Assembly: GCA_050943575.1 (NCBI GenBank)
Contig: JBMNPL010000003.1
Coordinates: 1 to 55,151 of the forward strand
Reading direction: 5' to 3'
DNA from: Alphaproteobacteria bacterium
GTDB lineage: Bacteria; Pseudomonadota; Alphaproteobacteria; Rs-D84
DNA: 55,151 nucleotides
Position numbers and translations under genes: made by a program
Notes under the pieces: generated by a model
Databases searched by the model: none
Seen by the model: only the letters and a program-made list of their open reading frames with translations
What the model was told of the DNA's origin: nothing
Part shown: in pieces, positions 43,786 through 54,335 of the stretch
How positions within the stretch are numbered: position 1 is the first letter of the stretch
How the letters are laid out: each line of letters starts with the position of its first letter

Positions 43786-44679
43786 AGCACGAGGATGTGC
43801 GTGATTATAAATAGCGGTTATTTGCGACATATCAACCTTGGTATATAACTGTGTAGTAGATAAAGATGAATGTCCTAACAATTCCTGTAATGACCTTAAA
43901 TCAATCCCGTCAGCCAATAATGCCGTTGCAAAAGTATGTCGTAAAGCATGAGGTGTAACATAATCAGGTAATTGTAAAAAATTACGAACTTTTTCAATCT
44001 GTTTTTCAGCCATACGCGCAGACATCGGCAACCCACGAACACTTTTAAATAAATTACCATCTGTACTATAAGGACAAAGTTCTAAATACTTATCAATCGC
44101 ATCCCATACTGCTGGAATTACAGGAACTAAACGCTCTTTTCTACCCTTGCCAATAATTTTTAAAACTTGAGGTCTGCCAGATATATCATTGATGGTAATT
44201 GATAAAGCCTCGGAAATACGGAGTCCACAACCAAAAATTAAAACTATTAATGCCCAATCGCGTGCCGCAATCCATGGCTCGTTATTTAATTCTTTTACAG
44301 CATTGTACATATTTTCCACATCTTGAGCGCTTATCGCTTTTGATAATGTTTTCGGGATTTTTGGTGAAGATATTAATCCTATGGACGTATTCTTGATATC
44401 AAACTTGTAATCTAGAAATTTATAAAAACTACGTAAAGAAGATAAAGCACGTGCAGTAGATTTTGCCGACAAACCACGTTTTGCTCGATTCGCAAGCCAT
44501 GATCTGAATATTAAAACATCCGCACGTGCTAAATCTGATAACTTACACGAATCGCCATTATATTCACCAGCAAACTTTATAAAATCTTCTATATCAGATC
44601 TGTACGCAACAATCGTATGATTGGAATACTTTTTAGTATTCAAAAGATAATTAATAAAAGATTCTAACTCATTGTTCAT
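43777..44679 (-). CDS. Tyrosine recombinase, XerC/XerD type
   Basis: 300 aa with N-terminal SAM-like domain, ...GCGLRISEAL..., and C-terminal HALRHTFATALLADGIDLRSLQELLGHSSLSTTQLYTKV (R-H-R-Y catalytic pattern). Confidence 0.85.
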   Translation of the reverse strand: MNNELESFINYLLNTKKYSNHTIVAYRSDIEDFIKFAGEYNGDSCKLSDLARADVLIFRSWLANRAKRGLSAKSTARALSSLRSFYKFLDYKFDIKNTSIGLISSPKIPKTLSKAISAQDVENMYNAVKELNNEPWIAARDWALIVLIFGCGLRISEALSITINDISGRPQVLKIIGKGRKERLVPVIPAVWDAIDKYLELCPYSTDGNLFKSVRGLPMSARMAEKQIEKVRNFLQLPDYVTPHALRHTFATALLADGIDLRSLQELLGHSSLSTTQLYTKVDMSQITAIYNHAHPRAKK

Positions 44680-45214
44680 TTGCCAATATTAATTTTATAA
44701 TCTCTTCAGGAGTCTGACTTATATTTATATTATAATCAGCCATATCAGCAATAAAACCTTCGTTTTGCATGTGTGTAAAAACACCGCCAAAAAACTCCCA
44801 ATAATTTGCCGTATTTAAAAAATACATCGGCTTCTTAATCTCACCAATTTGTTGCATGGTTAAAATATCAGTCAATTCATTTAATGTGCCCATGCCACCT
44901 GGTAAAATACAAAAAGCATCTGATAGTTCAATCATACGTTGCTTGCGTTCATTAACACCAGCAACTATTTCTATTTTAGCGCCCTCATGAGCAGGTTCTT
45001 GACGAGCAATAACATGATGAGTTGATATACCAATTACTTCACCACCATTATCAAGCGCCGCACTGGCAACCGTACCCATCAATCCAACATCACCACCACC
45101 AAATACTAAACGTATTTTATTACGTGCTAGTAATTCACCCATTTTTTTCGCATCCCTAGCATAAGCAGGATCTGTTCCAAATCTATGCCCACAATATACC
45201 GCAACTGATTTCAT
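44669..45214 (-). CDS. LOG-family (TIGR00730) nucleotide phosphoribohydrolase
   Basis: 181 aa: VYCGHRFG..., GGGDVGLMG, and the PGGMGTLNE motif. Confidence 0.85.
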   Translation of the reverse strand: MKSVAVYCGHRFGTDPAYARDAKKMGELLARNKIRLVFGGGDVGLMGTVASAALDNGGEVIGISTHHVIARQEPAHEGAKIEIVAGVNERKQRMIELSDAFCILPGGMGTLNELTDILTMQQIGEIKKPMYFLNTANYWEFFGGVFTHMQNEGFIADMADYNINISQTPEEIIKLILANEQ

Positions 45215-45281
45215 TCTGGCTCCCTTTTTTTATTACCAAATAGTTGATTTATATTAATTATAGCATAAAATACAAAATTAT

Positions 45282-46241
45282 ATGAACTTTAAGTTTTTTA
45301 ATTTTATTCAAAAATATAAAAATACACCAGTTGCTTTGGCCGTCAGTGGTGGGGCAGATTCTATGGTTTTAATGCATTGGTACGCAATATCCAAATTACC
45401 CGCTGTTATTCTACATGTAAATCATAACCTGCGTCCAGAAAGCAATATAGAAGCCGAATATGTTAAAAATGAAGCAGAAAAACTAGGGTTAAAATGTGAA
45501 ATCTTAAATTGGGATGGTAAAAAAATTACTTCTGGAATAGAAGCAGCCGCACGCACTGCACGATATAAATTGATGATTAATTGGTGTAAAAAAAATAATA
45601 TTAGTACCCTGATGACCGCACACCAAGCAGACGATCAAATTGAAACTTTCTTGATGAACCTAAAACGTGGTAGTGGTGTTTATGGTTTAGGCGGAATTCG
45701 CGCAGAAATTGAACATGATGGGGTTATAATTACCAGACCATTATTAAATATATTTAGAGCCGATTTAGAAAATTGGTGCGATTTAAACAATATTAAATAT
45801 TTTAAAGATTCAATGAATGACGATGAAAAATTCACACGTGTCAAAATTAGAAAAAATAGATATGTATTAAAATCAAGTCTGGGGATTGATGATGAAAGAA
45901 TATTGCTGGCAATAGAAAATTTATCGCGAGCCAGAGATGCCCTTGAAAAAATCATCAATCAACAATTAGCAAATGTTAAGTTTGATGGTAAACGAGCATT
46001 TTTCTCTTATAACACACTAGCTGCATTATCTGATGAAATCAGACTCAAATTCTTGGGAGAATTAATTAAAATTGTATCCAAGGCAAAATATCCGCCAAGA
46101 TTAATTGAAATTGAACGCTTGCAAGAAAGACTTTCAAATGATAGTATTTCAACACTTTCAAATTGTACTATCAGACGATTGGGAAATAAAATGCTTATTG
46201 CACCAATCGGAGAATCAATAAGTTTCAGGAATAAAAAATGA
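45282..46241 (+). CDS. tilS: tRNA(Ile)-lysidine synthetase (short form)
   Basis: PP-loop VAVSGGADSMVL. The 319-aa ORF overlaps ftsH by ATGA, and tilS-ftsH synteny is conserved. Confidence 0.88.
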   Translation: MNFKFFNFIQKYKNTPVALAVSGGADSMVLMHWYAISKLPAVILHVNHNLRPESNIEAEYVKNEAEKLGLKCEILNWDGKKITSGIEAAARTARYKLMINWCKKNNISTLMTAHQADDQIETFLMNLKRGSGVYGLGGIRAEIEHDGVIITRPLLNIFRADLENWCDLNNIKYFKDSMNDDEKFTRVKIRKNRYVLKSSLGIDDERILLAIENLSRARDALEKIINQQLANVKFDGKRAFFSYNTLAALSDEIRLKFLGELIKIVSKAKYPPRLIEIERLQERLSNDSISTLSNCTIRRLGNKMLIAPIGESISFRNKK

Positions 46242-48076
46242 AAAATAGAATTTTAAAAAATAAAATTAATCAAACAAAACAAGCCGTCCAGAAAAAAAAT
46301 CGTGATGGATCATTAACTTATCTTTTTATCTTTACAATATTACTAATACTAGTTGTTGGACGCGCTTTTATGCTGGAACAACCACAAAATAAAACCGCGC
46401 CTGAAAAAAATTTATCTTTTTCAGATGTTATAAAAAGTGATATCGCAACAATGAATATTCGCGGTAGTAAAGCAACCGGAGAATTAAAAGATGGAACAAA
46501 ATATAATGCAACTATTGCATATGACCCCGAATTATTAACAAAAATATCTAAATCAGGTGCGATTGTAAAAATTGATGATTCTAAATCTTGGATGGAACTT
46601 TTAGCAACTTGGTTGCCTTTATTAATTGGTGTTTTATTTATTTGGTGGATTTTCCGCGGTATTCGCGGCGGTGGAATGCCACGTGCAAGTTCCTTTAACC
46701 CAACAAAAATTACAACCGGAAAAACAAAAACTTCGTTTTCAGATGTTGCAGGAATTGAAACTGAAAAAAAAGAAGTTATGGAAATTGTTGATTTCCTTAA
46801 AAATCCAAAGAAATTTAAAAATCTAGGCGCACGTGTGCCACGTGGAATTTTATTATCCGGAGAACCTGGAACTGGAAAAACATTACTTGCACGCGCAATA
46901 GCCGGTGAAGCAAATGTCCCCTTTTTTGCTACATCAGGGTCTGATTTTTCCGGAATAATTGTCGGTTTAGGTGTGGCAAAAATTAAAGAAATTTTTGAAA
47001 TGGCAAAACGTAATGCGCCATGTATTTTATTTATTGATGAAATTGACGCAATCGGACAACGTCGTAGTCAACACAGCTTTAACGATCAAGATCGTGAACA
47101 AACATTAAATCAATTACTAATAGAAATGGACGGATTCCAAAATGAAAATGGAATTATTGTCATAGGTGCAACGAATCGCCCAGATATGCTGGATGCAGCC
47201 CTGCTTCGCCCTGGACGATTTGATCGCCAAGTTTATATAGAACTGCCTGATTTAACAGGTCGTAAAGAAATTTTAGATTTATATGCAAAGAAAATTAAAA
47301 TTGCTAAAGATGTTAATCTAAAAGATGTTGCACGTGGGACAACCGGATTTTCCGGAGCCGATCTTGAAAACTTATTAAATGAAGCAGCATTGCATGCAGC
47401 AGGTGCAAATAAAAAAGAAATAGGAAAAGAAGATATTGAAGAAGCACGTGATAAAACTTTAATGGGACCGAAAAAAAATCGTAGAATGCGCCCCCAAGAT
47501 ATTAAATTAACTGCATACCACGAAGCCGGACATGCATTTATGTCAATACATTATCGTGATTTAACTGATCCAATACATAAAGCAACAATTATACCCCGAG
47601 GACGTTCATTAGGTATGGTTCAACACTTGCCTATTGACGACAAAGTTTCAATGACTTTGTCCGAAATTCGTGCAAATATCTCTATTTACCTAGCCGGTCG
47701 TGCCGCCGAAGAAATATTCTTTGGTGCAGATAAAATTACAACTGGTGCAGAAAGTGATATTGCAGCCGCAACAAGATTAGCAAGACATTCAATCACAATC
47801 GCAGGATTATCTAAAAAAATCGGATTGCCAGCAATTAATCAAATAACTTCTTTTGGTTCAAGGACTGCATTGGAAAACGCATCTGAAAAAACCGCCGAAG
47901 CCGTAGATAATGAAGTAAAAGCATGGTTAGATGTTGGACATAAAGATGCAATTAAAGTTTTAACTAAAAATAAAACTTTGGTTAAAAAATTAGCAGAAGA
48001 ATTATTAAAACGAGAAACATTAACTCGCGAAGAAATTGAAAAAATTGTATTAAAAAAACGCGTCGTAAAAAAATAA
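46238..48076 (+). CDS. ftsH: ATP-dependent zinc metalloprotease FtsH
   Basis: Two TM helices, Walker A GEPGTGKTLLARAIAGEA, SRH region, and Zn motif HEAGHA. Confidence 0.96.
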   Translation: MKNRILKNKINQTKQAVQKKNRDGSLTYLFIFTILLILVVGRAFMLEQPQNKTAPEKNLSFSDVIKSDIATMNIRGSKATGELKDGTKYNATIAYDPELLTKISKSGAIVKIDDSKSWMELLATWLPLLIGVLFIWWIFRGIRGGGMPRASSFNPTKITTGKTKTSFSDVAGIETEKKEVMEIVDFLKNPKKFKNLGARVPRGILLSGEPGTGKTLLARAIAGEANVPFFATSGSDFSGIIVGLGVAKIKEIFEMAKRNAPCILFIDEIDAIGQRRSQHSFNDQDREQTLNQLLIEMDGFQNENGIIVIGATNRPDMLDAALLRPGRFDRQVYIELPDLTGRKEILDLYAKKIKIAKDVNLKDVARGTTGFSGADLENLLNEAALHAAGANKKEIGKEDIEEARDKTLMGPKKNRRMRPQDIKLTAYHEAGHAFMSIHYRDLTDPIHKATIIPRGRSLGMVQHLPIDDKVSMTLSEIRANISIYLAGRAAEEIFFGADKITTGAESDIAAATRLARHSITIAGLSKKIGLPAINQITSFGSRTALENASEKTAEAVDNEVKAWLDVGHKDAIKVLTKNKTLVKKLAEELLKRETLTREEIEKIVLKKRVVKK

Positions 48077-48087
48077 AATAAAAAATA

Positions 48088-48732
48088 ATGCCAGCAAAAA
48101 TTGAAATTATTTTTATGCAACCTCAAAACACCAACTCGGTTCTGGTGCATAATGATGAATTAGCCGCAATTTTTGATCCATGGGGATGTGCTGAAGATTG
48201 GTTAAAATTATTAGATGAACGTAAATTAAAACTTTATTCTATCTATTGCACTCATGGACACTATGATCATATATCTGCTATAGCAGAATTACCCAAAGTC
48301 CCTTGGTTTGTACATCCAGATGAAATAGAAATGATTAATTGGAGTAATCAAATCTTAAAAACAATGAATATGCCACAAATAGATTTAATAAAAAATCCCC
48401 CGCAAGTATTACAAATGGGTAAAAATGAAATTTTACCAAAAGTTTTTGCCGATACAATTCATTGCCCTGGACACAGCCCTGGATGTGTAGCCTATTATTT
48501 CAAACCTGAAAAAACTTTATTAATCGGGGATACTTTATTTCAAGAAACTGTCGGGGCCTACCACTTTCCTGGAGGAAATGAACAACAATTAAAAGAATCT
48601 ATCGCAAAAATTTATAATATGAATTTGTCAGATGATACTATTGTAATTCATGGGCACGGAATGCATACAACAATCGGTTGGTTAAAGGAAAATAACCCCT
48701 TTTTCACAAATAATTTAAAGGAGAAAAAATGA
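48088..48732 (+). CDS. MBL-fold metallo-hydrolase
   Basis: THGHYDH motif (CTHGHYDHIS) plus downstream His/Asp ligands (CPGHSPG, GDTLF, HGHG). Confidence 0.8.
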   Translation: MPAKIEIIFMQPQNTNSVLVHNDELAAIFDPWGCAEDWLKLLDERKLKLYSIYCTHGHYDHISAIAELPKVPWFVHPDEIEMINWSNQILKTMNMPQIDLIKNPPQVLQMGKNEILPKVFADTIHCPGHSPGCVAYYFKPEKTLLIGDTLFQETVGAYHFPGGNEQQLKESIAKIYNMNLSDDTIVIHGHGMHTTIGWLKENNPFFTNNLKEKK

Positions 48733-49016
48733 AAAAACTTTTAATAATCACCGCAATTATCGGACTTGCAGCATGTCAAACAAATCAAGATCCTGCAAAT
48801 ACATTACCTGCGCAAGCAATAACAGGAACCGTTCAACAAATTACAACCGAAGCAAAACTCACAAAAGAAAATATGAAAACTAGCGCAGTAAATACCAAAG
48901 AAATGGTTAAAACATCAGTTAAAAATTCTAAAGCAGCAGTCGTAAATACTTATACCGATACAAAAACAGAAGTAGAAGAAACTGTTAATGAAGTTAAAAC
49001 TATTATTACTGAATAA
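48729..49016 (+). CDS. Small lipoprotein, hypothetical
   Basis: 95 aa with lipobox IGLAAC and a T/K/E/V-rich repetitive body. It overlaps the preceding stop by 4 nt. Confidence 0.6.
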   Translation: MKKLLIITAIIGLAACQTNQDPANTLPAQAITGTVQQITTEAKLTKENMKTSAVNTKEMVKTSVKNSKAAVVNTYTDTKTEVEETVNEVKTIITE

Positions 49017-49046
49017 AAAATCGCCGTAATTTACGGCGATTTTTTA
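49015..49046. terminator. Bidirectional Rho-independent terminator
   Basis: aaaaaa-tcgccgta-att-tacggcga-tttttt between the convergent lipoprotein gene and gap. Confidence 0.75.
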
Positions 49047-50054
49047 TATCAATTTTCCAATTAAATTTGCAACATCACACATACGATTTGAAAATCCCCA
49101 TTCGTTATCATACCAACTTGTAACATGTAATAATTTATCCCCAATCATAATTGTTTGAGTCGCATCAAATATGCTGCTGTGCGCATCATGTATAAAATCT
49201 ACACTAACCAAAGGTTTCTCATTAAAGCCCAATATGCCAGATAATTTACCCTTGCTGGCAGATAACATTGCAGAATTTATATCTGATGCTTTTGCAGATT
49301 TTTTCAAATTCACAATTAATTCAACAACTGAAACATCAGGAGTCGGAACACGCAAAGATGTCCCGTTTAATTTCCCCGCCAATTTCGGCAATACTAACCC
49401 TATGGCTTTGGCTGCACCTGTGCTGGTCGGTATAATAGACAAGTTCGCTGCACGAGCACGTCTGGAATCGCGATGATTTTTATCCAGTAATTGTTGATCC
49501 CCTGTATAAGAATGGATTGTTGTCATCCAACCGCTGGTAATACCAAATTTTTCATCTAATACTTGAACAATCGGTGCTAAACAATTTGTTGTGCAACTGC
49601 CATTAGAAATTATCTTTGCGCTTTTCTTTAATGTTTTGTCATTAACACCAAAAACAATTGTTGCATCAGCACCATCTGATGGTGCAGAAACTAAAACACG
49701 TTTTGCGCCCGCTTGTAAATGAACTTGTGCTTTGTCAGCAGATGTAAAAACACCCGTGCATTCCATAACAACATCAATATCTAATTTATCCCAAGGTAAT
49801 TTTGCCGGATTGCTTTCCGCAAAAACCTTGATGCTTTTCCCACCAATTTTAATAATATTTTTATTAATGCTTACAGGCTTTGTTAATTTTCCATGCACAG
49901 AATCATATTCTAGTAAAAATGCAGATTGTTCCGCAGGCATTAAATCATTAATTGCTACAAACTCTAAATCTTTACGACCTGATTCTATTGCTGCCCTTAA
50001 AATTAAACGCCCTATGCGACCGAAACCATTTATTGCTACACGTGTTTTTTTCAT
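49044..50054 (-). CDS. gap: Glyceraldehyde-3-phosphate dehydrogenase
   Basis: INGFGRIGR NAD-binding start, catalytic SCTTNCLAP, and WYDNEWGFS C-terminus. Confidence 0.96.
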   Translation of the reverse strand: MKKTRVAINGFGRIGRLILRAAIESGRKDLEFVAINDLMPAEQSAFLLEYDSVHGKLTKPVSINKNIIKIGGKSIKVFAESNPAKLPWDKLDIDVVMECTGVFTSADKAQVHLQAGAKRVLVSAPSDGADATIVFGVNDKTLKKSAKIISNGSCTTNCLAPIVQVLDEKFGITSGWMTTIHSYTGDQQLLDKNHRDSRRARAANLSIIPTSTGAAKAIGLVLPKLAGKLNGTSLRVPTPDVSVVELIVNLKKSAKASDINSAMLSASKGKLSGILGFNEKPLVSVDFIHDAHSSIFDATQTIMIGDKLLHVTSWYDNEWGFSNRMCDVANLIGKLI

Positions 50055-50202
50055 ATTCCCCTTCCCTTGTTATACTTTAAATATAATTTTAACATTAAAC
50101 CGCATTAAAACAAACTTAAAAATATTTATAAAATTAAATCAACAACCGGTTTTTCAACCGATAAACTTGATTGATGAAAATAAATCACGTATAATTCATT
50201 TT

Positions 50203-51090
50203 ATGACGCATCAGTGCTATATCGTTGCTGGACCAACGGCCAGTGGTAAATCTAATTTTGCGTGCGAACTAGCACGTAAAATAAATGGTATTATTATAAA
50301 TTGTGATAGCGTTCAAATTTACAAAGGTATGGAAAACATCAGCGCAAGTCCATTACCCGAAGGACTGGATAAAATTGTCCCTCATAAACTTTTTTCAATA
50401 CTGCCATTAACAGAACAAATTAGCGTTTCAGATTATTTAGAATTAGCAAGGACTGAATATAACACAGCAATAAATGCTGGGCATCCAGTTGTGTTTGTTG
50501 GTGGAACAGGATTTTATATCAATGCGATTCTCAAAGGAATGTCCCCTGTACCAGAAATTTCAAATGAAAATCGTGATAAAGCACGAGCAATTGTTCAAGA
50601 ATATCCCGATGCTGCAAAAAAACTATTAATAAACGCAGATTCAAAATTTGATAGTTTTGATCCACAACGAATGGCACGAGCATTAGAAGTATTTTTGGAA
50701 ACTGGACGACCATTATCAGAATGGCAATCCCTGCCCCGTAAAGGTGCAATTGCGCCAGATGCTTTGAAAATTTTTATCAACCCACATAAAGATATATTAA
50801 TTTCCAGAATTGCAAAACGCATTCCTATTATGATTGAAAATGGCGCAATGGACGAAGCACGAACCGCCATACAAGCAGGATGGAATTTAAATCGCGCTAT
50901 TGGTGCATCCGAAGCTGCACGATTTATACGCGGTGAAATAAGTAAAAGTGAAATGATGCAAAATTGGATTATTAGAACTAATCAATATGCAAAACGTCAA
51001 AGAACTTGGTTCAGGCATCAATTTGGTGCTGATATTGAAATTGGACATATACCAACAAATACGGATCTAGAAAATGTTTTGCAAAAATGA
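50203..51090 (+). CDS. miaA: tRNA dimethylallyltransferase
   Basis: I place the start at ATG 50203 (MTHQCYIVAGPTASGKS P-loop). The track ORF from 49732 is an antisense run-on across gap. Supporting motifs are DSVQIYKGM and RQRTWFR. Confidence 0.9.
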   Translation: MTHQCYIVAGPTASGKSNFACELARKINGIIINCDSVQIYKGMENISASPLPEGLDKIVPHKLFSILPLTEQISVSDYLELARTEYNTAINAGHPVVFVGGTGFYINAILKGMSPVPEISNENRDKARAIVQEYPDAAKKLLINADSKFDSFDPQRMARALEVFLETGRPLSEWQSLPRKGAIAPDALKIFINPHKDILISRIAKRIPIMIENGAMDEARTAIQAGWNLNRAIGASEAARFIRGEISKSEMMQNWIIRTNQYAKRQRTWFRHQFGADIEIGHIPTNTDLENVLQK

Positions 51091-53233
51091 TATTGTAAAA
51101 GTTTTGCTGCCAATAGCTGTTGGTGATGGATACGATTACCAATTAAATGCGCCTGCTGAAATCGGAACTTTTGTTAATGCTTCTGTTATGAATAGAAAAT
51201 TAATCGGAGTAATTATTGGCGCAGGAGATTCAGGATTACCCCTTGAAAAAATAAAACCTGCAATACCATTACAATTTCGTATTACACAATCAACATTAAA
51301 TTGGATTCAAAAAATGTCCGAATGGACAATGATGCCTATCGGAATGGTTTTAAAATTAATTATTAATGTACCCGAAGCCTTTAACCCGCCAAAAACTGAA
51401 CAACTTTATTTATTTGAAGAAAATAAAAAAATAAAAATGACTGATTCCAGACAAGCCATAGCCGACGCTTTTACAAGTAATTATAACGAACCGATGACTA
51501 TATCAGATATTAAAAACATTACTCATGTTAGTTATGCAGTTATTCGTTCAATGATAAACAATAAAACTTTAAAACCAGTTAGCCAACAAATTAAAAAAAC
51601 AGGCTTGGAAGAAATAAATTATTTTGATACAAAAAAAGTAAAATTAAATTCTGAACAAAAATGCGCTGCTGACTCTATTAAACTAGGAGATTTTTCTGTT
51701 TATTTACTGGATGGAATAACTGGTAGTGGAAAAACACAAGTTTATTTTGATGCGGTTTTGCGTGCTTATGCTACAGGAAAATCTGTTTTATTAATGATGC
51801 CTGAAATTGCTTTAACAGCGCAATTTATGAATAGATTTGAATCAAGATTTGGAGCAAAACCTGTTGTGTGGCACAGCAATTTAACCGCTGCTAGACGGCG
51901 AGATATTTGGCGCGGAGTCGCAAATGGTGAAATAAAAATAATTGTCGGAACACGCTCGGCATTATTTCTACCATGGTCAAATCTGGGGCTTGTTGTTATT
52001 GATGAAGAACATGATGGATCGTATAAACAAGAAGATATGGGAAATTATCATGCTCGTGATATGGCGATTTTACGCGGAAAAATAGAAAATTTTCCAATAA
52101 TATTGGCATCAGCAACACCAGCAATGGAGACTTTGCGTAATGCATCAGATGGTAAATACAAACATCTAAAATTAAAATCTAGATTTGGTGGTGCTTCAAT
52201 GCCTGTTATAGAAACTATAGATTTTAGAAAACCCGAAGAACATACAGATAGTGGACATATTTCAACAACTTTATTTAATGCTCTAAAACAAACACTGGCA
52301 GATGGGCAGCAAGCAATGCTGTTTATCAATCGTCGTGGATATGCGCCTATTGTTCAATGTAAAAAATGTGGATGGCATGCAGATTGCCCTGATTGTTCTG
52401 TTGGAATGACACATCATAAAAAAAATAATTCTTTGTTATGCCATATTTGTGGGCGCACGCAGCCAATGCAAAAAAAATGCCCTATTTGTGATGATGAAGA
52501 ATTATCAATGTCTGGGATCGGGTTAGAAAAAATACAAGAAGAAATATTAGCAAAATTTCCAAATGCCAGAACTGCCCTTGTTTCATCAGATACAATAATG
52601 TCACGCCAAGCATTAGAACGATTGGTAAATAAAATGGAATCTGGTGAAATTGATATAGTTATCGGAACTCAAATTCTAGCCAAAGGACACCATTTTCCAA
52701 ATTTAACCTTGGTCGGTGTAATTGATGCAGATATGGGATTATTCAGCACAGATTTTCGTTCTGGTGAAAAAACATTTCAACAACTATTTCAAGTTGCAGG
52801 TCGAGCAGGACGTGCTGAATTACCCGGACGAGTATTGTTGCAAACATACCAACCTGAACATTCTGTATTTAATGCGATTTGCACATATAATCGGGATGAT
52901 TTTATGGCAAATGATATGGCAGGACGACGCGTAGCAAAAATGCCTCCTTTTGGTCAATTAATCGCTATTATCGTAGAATCTGAAAAAGAACATATATTAA
53001 AAAAATTCTGTGAAAATTTAGCAGCAGTTACGCCGAAAATTAAAAATGCGAAAATTTTTGGACCAATTCCTGCACAACTTTATAAAATTAGAACTTGGTA
53101 CAGAATGAGATTTTTAGTTGCCGGAGATGAGCGCGCTAATTTACAATCAGCTGTTAAGCATTGGTTGAGTAAAATCAAGCAACCTGCAAACGTTCGTATA
53201 AAAATTGATGTAAATCCACAGAATTTTATGTAA
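51074..53233 (+). CDS. priA: Primosomal replication-restart helicase PriA
   Basis: Walker A GITGSGKT, DEEH box (VIDEEHD), and Cys-rich zinc insertion CKKCGWHADCPDC...CHICG...CPICD. Confidence 0.94.
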   Translation: MFCKNDIVKVLLPIAVGDGYDYQLNAPAEIGTFVNASVMNRKLIGVIIGAGDSGLPLEKIKPAIPLQFRITQSTLNWIQKMSEWTMMPIGMVLKLIINVPEAFNPPKTEQLYLFEENKKIKMTDSRQAIADAFTSNYNEPMTISDIKNITHVSYAVIRSMINNKTLKPVSQQIKKTGLEEINYFDTKKVKLNSEQKCAADSIKLGDFSVYLLDGITGSGKTQVYFDAVLRAYATGKSVLLMMPEIALTAQFMNRFESRFGAKPVVWHSNLTAARRRDIWRGVANGEIKIIVGTRSALFLPWSNLGLVVIDEEHDGSYKQEDMGNYHARDMAILRGKIENFPIILASATPAMETLRNASDGKYKHLKLKSRFGGASMPVIETIDFRKPEEHTDSGHISTTLFNALKQTLADGQQAMLFINRRGYAPIVQCKKCGWHADCPDCSVGMTHHKKNNSLLCHICGRTQPMQKKCPICDDEELSMSGIGLEKIQEEILAKFPNARTALVSSDTIMSRQALERLVNKMESGEIDIVIGTQILAKGHHFPNLTLVGVIDADMGLFSTDFRSGEKTFQQLFQVAGRAGRAELPGRVLLQTYQPEHSVFNAICTYNRDDFMANDMAGRRVAKMPPFGQLIAIIVESEKEHILKKFCENLAAVTPKIKNAKIFGPIPAQLYKIRTWYRMRFLVAGDERANLQSAVKHWLSKIKQPANVRIKIDVNPQNFM

Positions 53234-53235
53234 TT

Positions 53236-53622
53236 TTATTTGATTTTCTGCTTCATTTTAGCCCACATTTTTTCAAATTCTTTATTTCTTGCTAATCCGC
53301 GTAAATTTGGATATTTATTAAAAATCGGATCTGTATCCCATAAATCAAATATACTTTTACCAACTTGTTTTTCTAGTTTTATTATATCTTTTTTATTTTT
53401 ATCAATATATTTATCACCAATTAAAACCTTGATAATTCTATCAAAATCAGATTTTGATATAAATATATTTGTTACCCATTTTGCCACTTGCTCTATTTGA
53501 TTTCCTTTTAACCAGCGTGCACTTGTAGTTTTTTTAGATTCGCATAATAACATCAGCCATGAATGCAAACGACTATCAAATCTTAAAATCAAATAACAAA
53601 AAACTGCTCGCTTAAATTTCAC
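53236..53622 (-). CDS. Hypothetical protein
   Basis: 128-aa ORF, K-rich, with no recognisable motif. The start is uncertain, with an alternative Met at MLLCESKK. Confidence 0.45.
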   Translation of the reverse strand: MKFKRAVFCYLILRFDSRLHSWLMLLCESKKTTSARWLKGNQIEQVAKWVTNIFISKSDFDRIIKVLIGDKYIDKNKKDIIKLEKQVGKSIFDLWDTDPIFNKYPNLRGLARNKEFEKMWAKMKQKIK

Positions 53623-53661
53623 CTTATAATTATGGTATAATTATGAAAAAGGAGCAAGATT

Positions 53662-54213
53662 ATGTTTTCGTTAAATCAATTTCCACTAAACTTTGCCCGT
53701 AATTCTTTGGAACCATATATTTCAGAACGAGCAATTGGATTTCATTATGATAAACATCTGGGTGGTTATATAAATAATTTAAATGGGTTAATTAATGATA
53801 CTGAATTCCAAGATAAAGACTTAATAGAAATTATAAAAAAATCTTCTGGTAAAATTTTTAATAATGCGGCGCAAACTTTTAACCATGATTTTTTCTTTAA
53901 ATGCTTGAAAAAAGATTGTGATAAATCTGCACCTGATGAAATTGCAGAATTATTGCCTGAGTTTAAAGCCGCCGCAGCCGGATTATTCGGTAGTGGGTGG
54001 GCATGGATTTGCAGAGATAAAAATGGGAAATTAATAGTAGAAACAACCGTAAATGCTGATACACCGATTGCGCACGAACATAAACCTATTTTAACAATTG
54101 ATGTTTGGGAACATGCTTATTATTTGGACTATCAAAATCGTCGTGCAGATTTTATAGATGCATTTGTAAAATATCTGATTAATTGGGATTTTATCATGGA
54201 AAATTTAAAATAA
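53662..54213 (+). CDS. sodB: Superoxide dismutase (Fe-type)
   Basis: FHYDKHLGGY, AAQTFNHDFFF and DVWEHAYYLDYQNRR motifs. SD is aaggag. Confidence 0.93.
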   Translation: MFSLNQFPLNFARNSLEPYISERAIGFHYDKHLGGYINNLNGLINDTEFQDKDLIEIIKKSSGKIFNNAAQTFNHDFFFKCLKKDCDKSAPDEIAELLPEFKAAAAGLFGSGWAWICRDKNGKLIVETTVNADTPIAHEHKPILTIDVWEHAYYLDYQNRRADFIDAFVKYLINWDFIMENLK

Positions 54214-54335
54214 AATTTTATCCTTTATATATTCAACAGATATTTTAAATAATCAGGGGGTTATTATAATAATAACCCCATAATCCCAAATATTATTTAG
54301 TAAGATCTATATCTTTCTGGTTTAAATATGTTGCA

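Noticed and set aside
43777-44679. Tyrosine recombinase as a marker of a prophage or integrative island
   Set aside because: Its length (300 aa), XerC/D-type motifs and housekeeping neighbours (LOG, tilS-ftsH) fit chromosome-dimer resolution. There is no adjacent tRNA, att-like repeat or phage gene.
49732-50202. N-terminal 157-codon extension of the miaA ORF in the track
   Set aside because: The extension is antisense to gap and crosses the gap promoter region. The conserved MiaA P-loop begins right after the Met at 50203.
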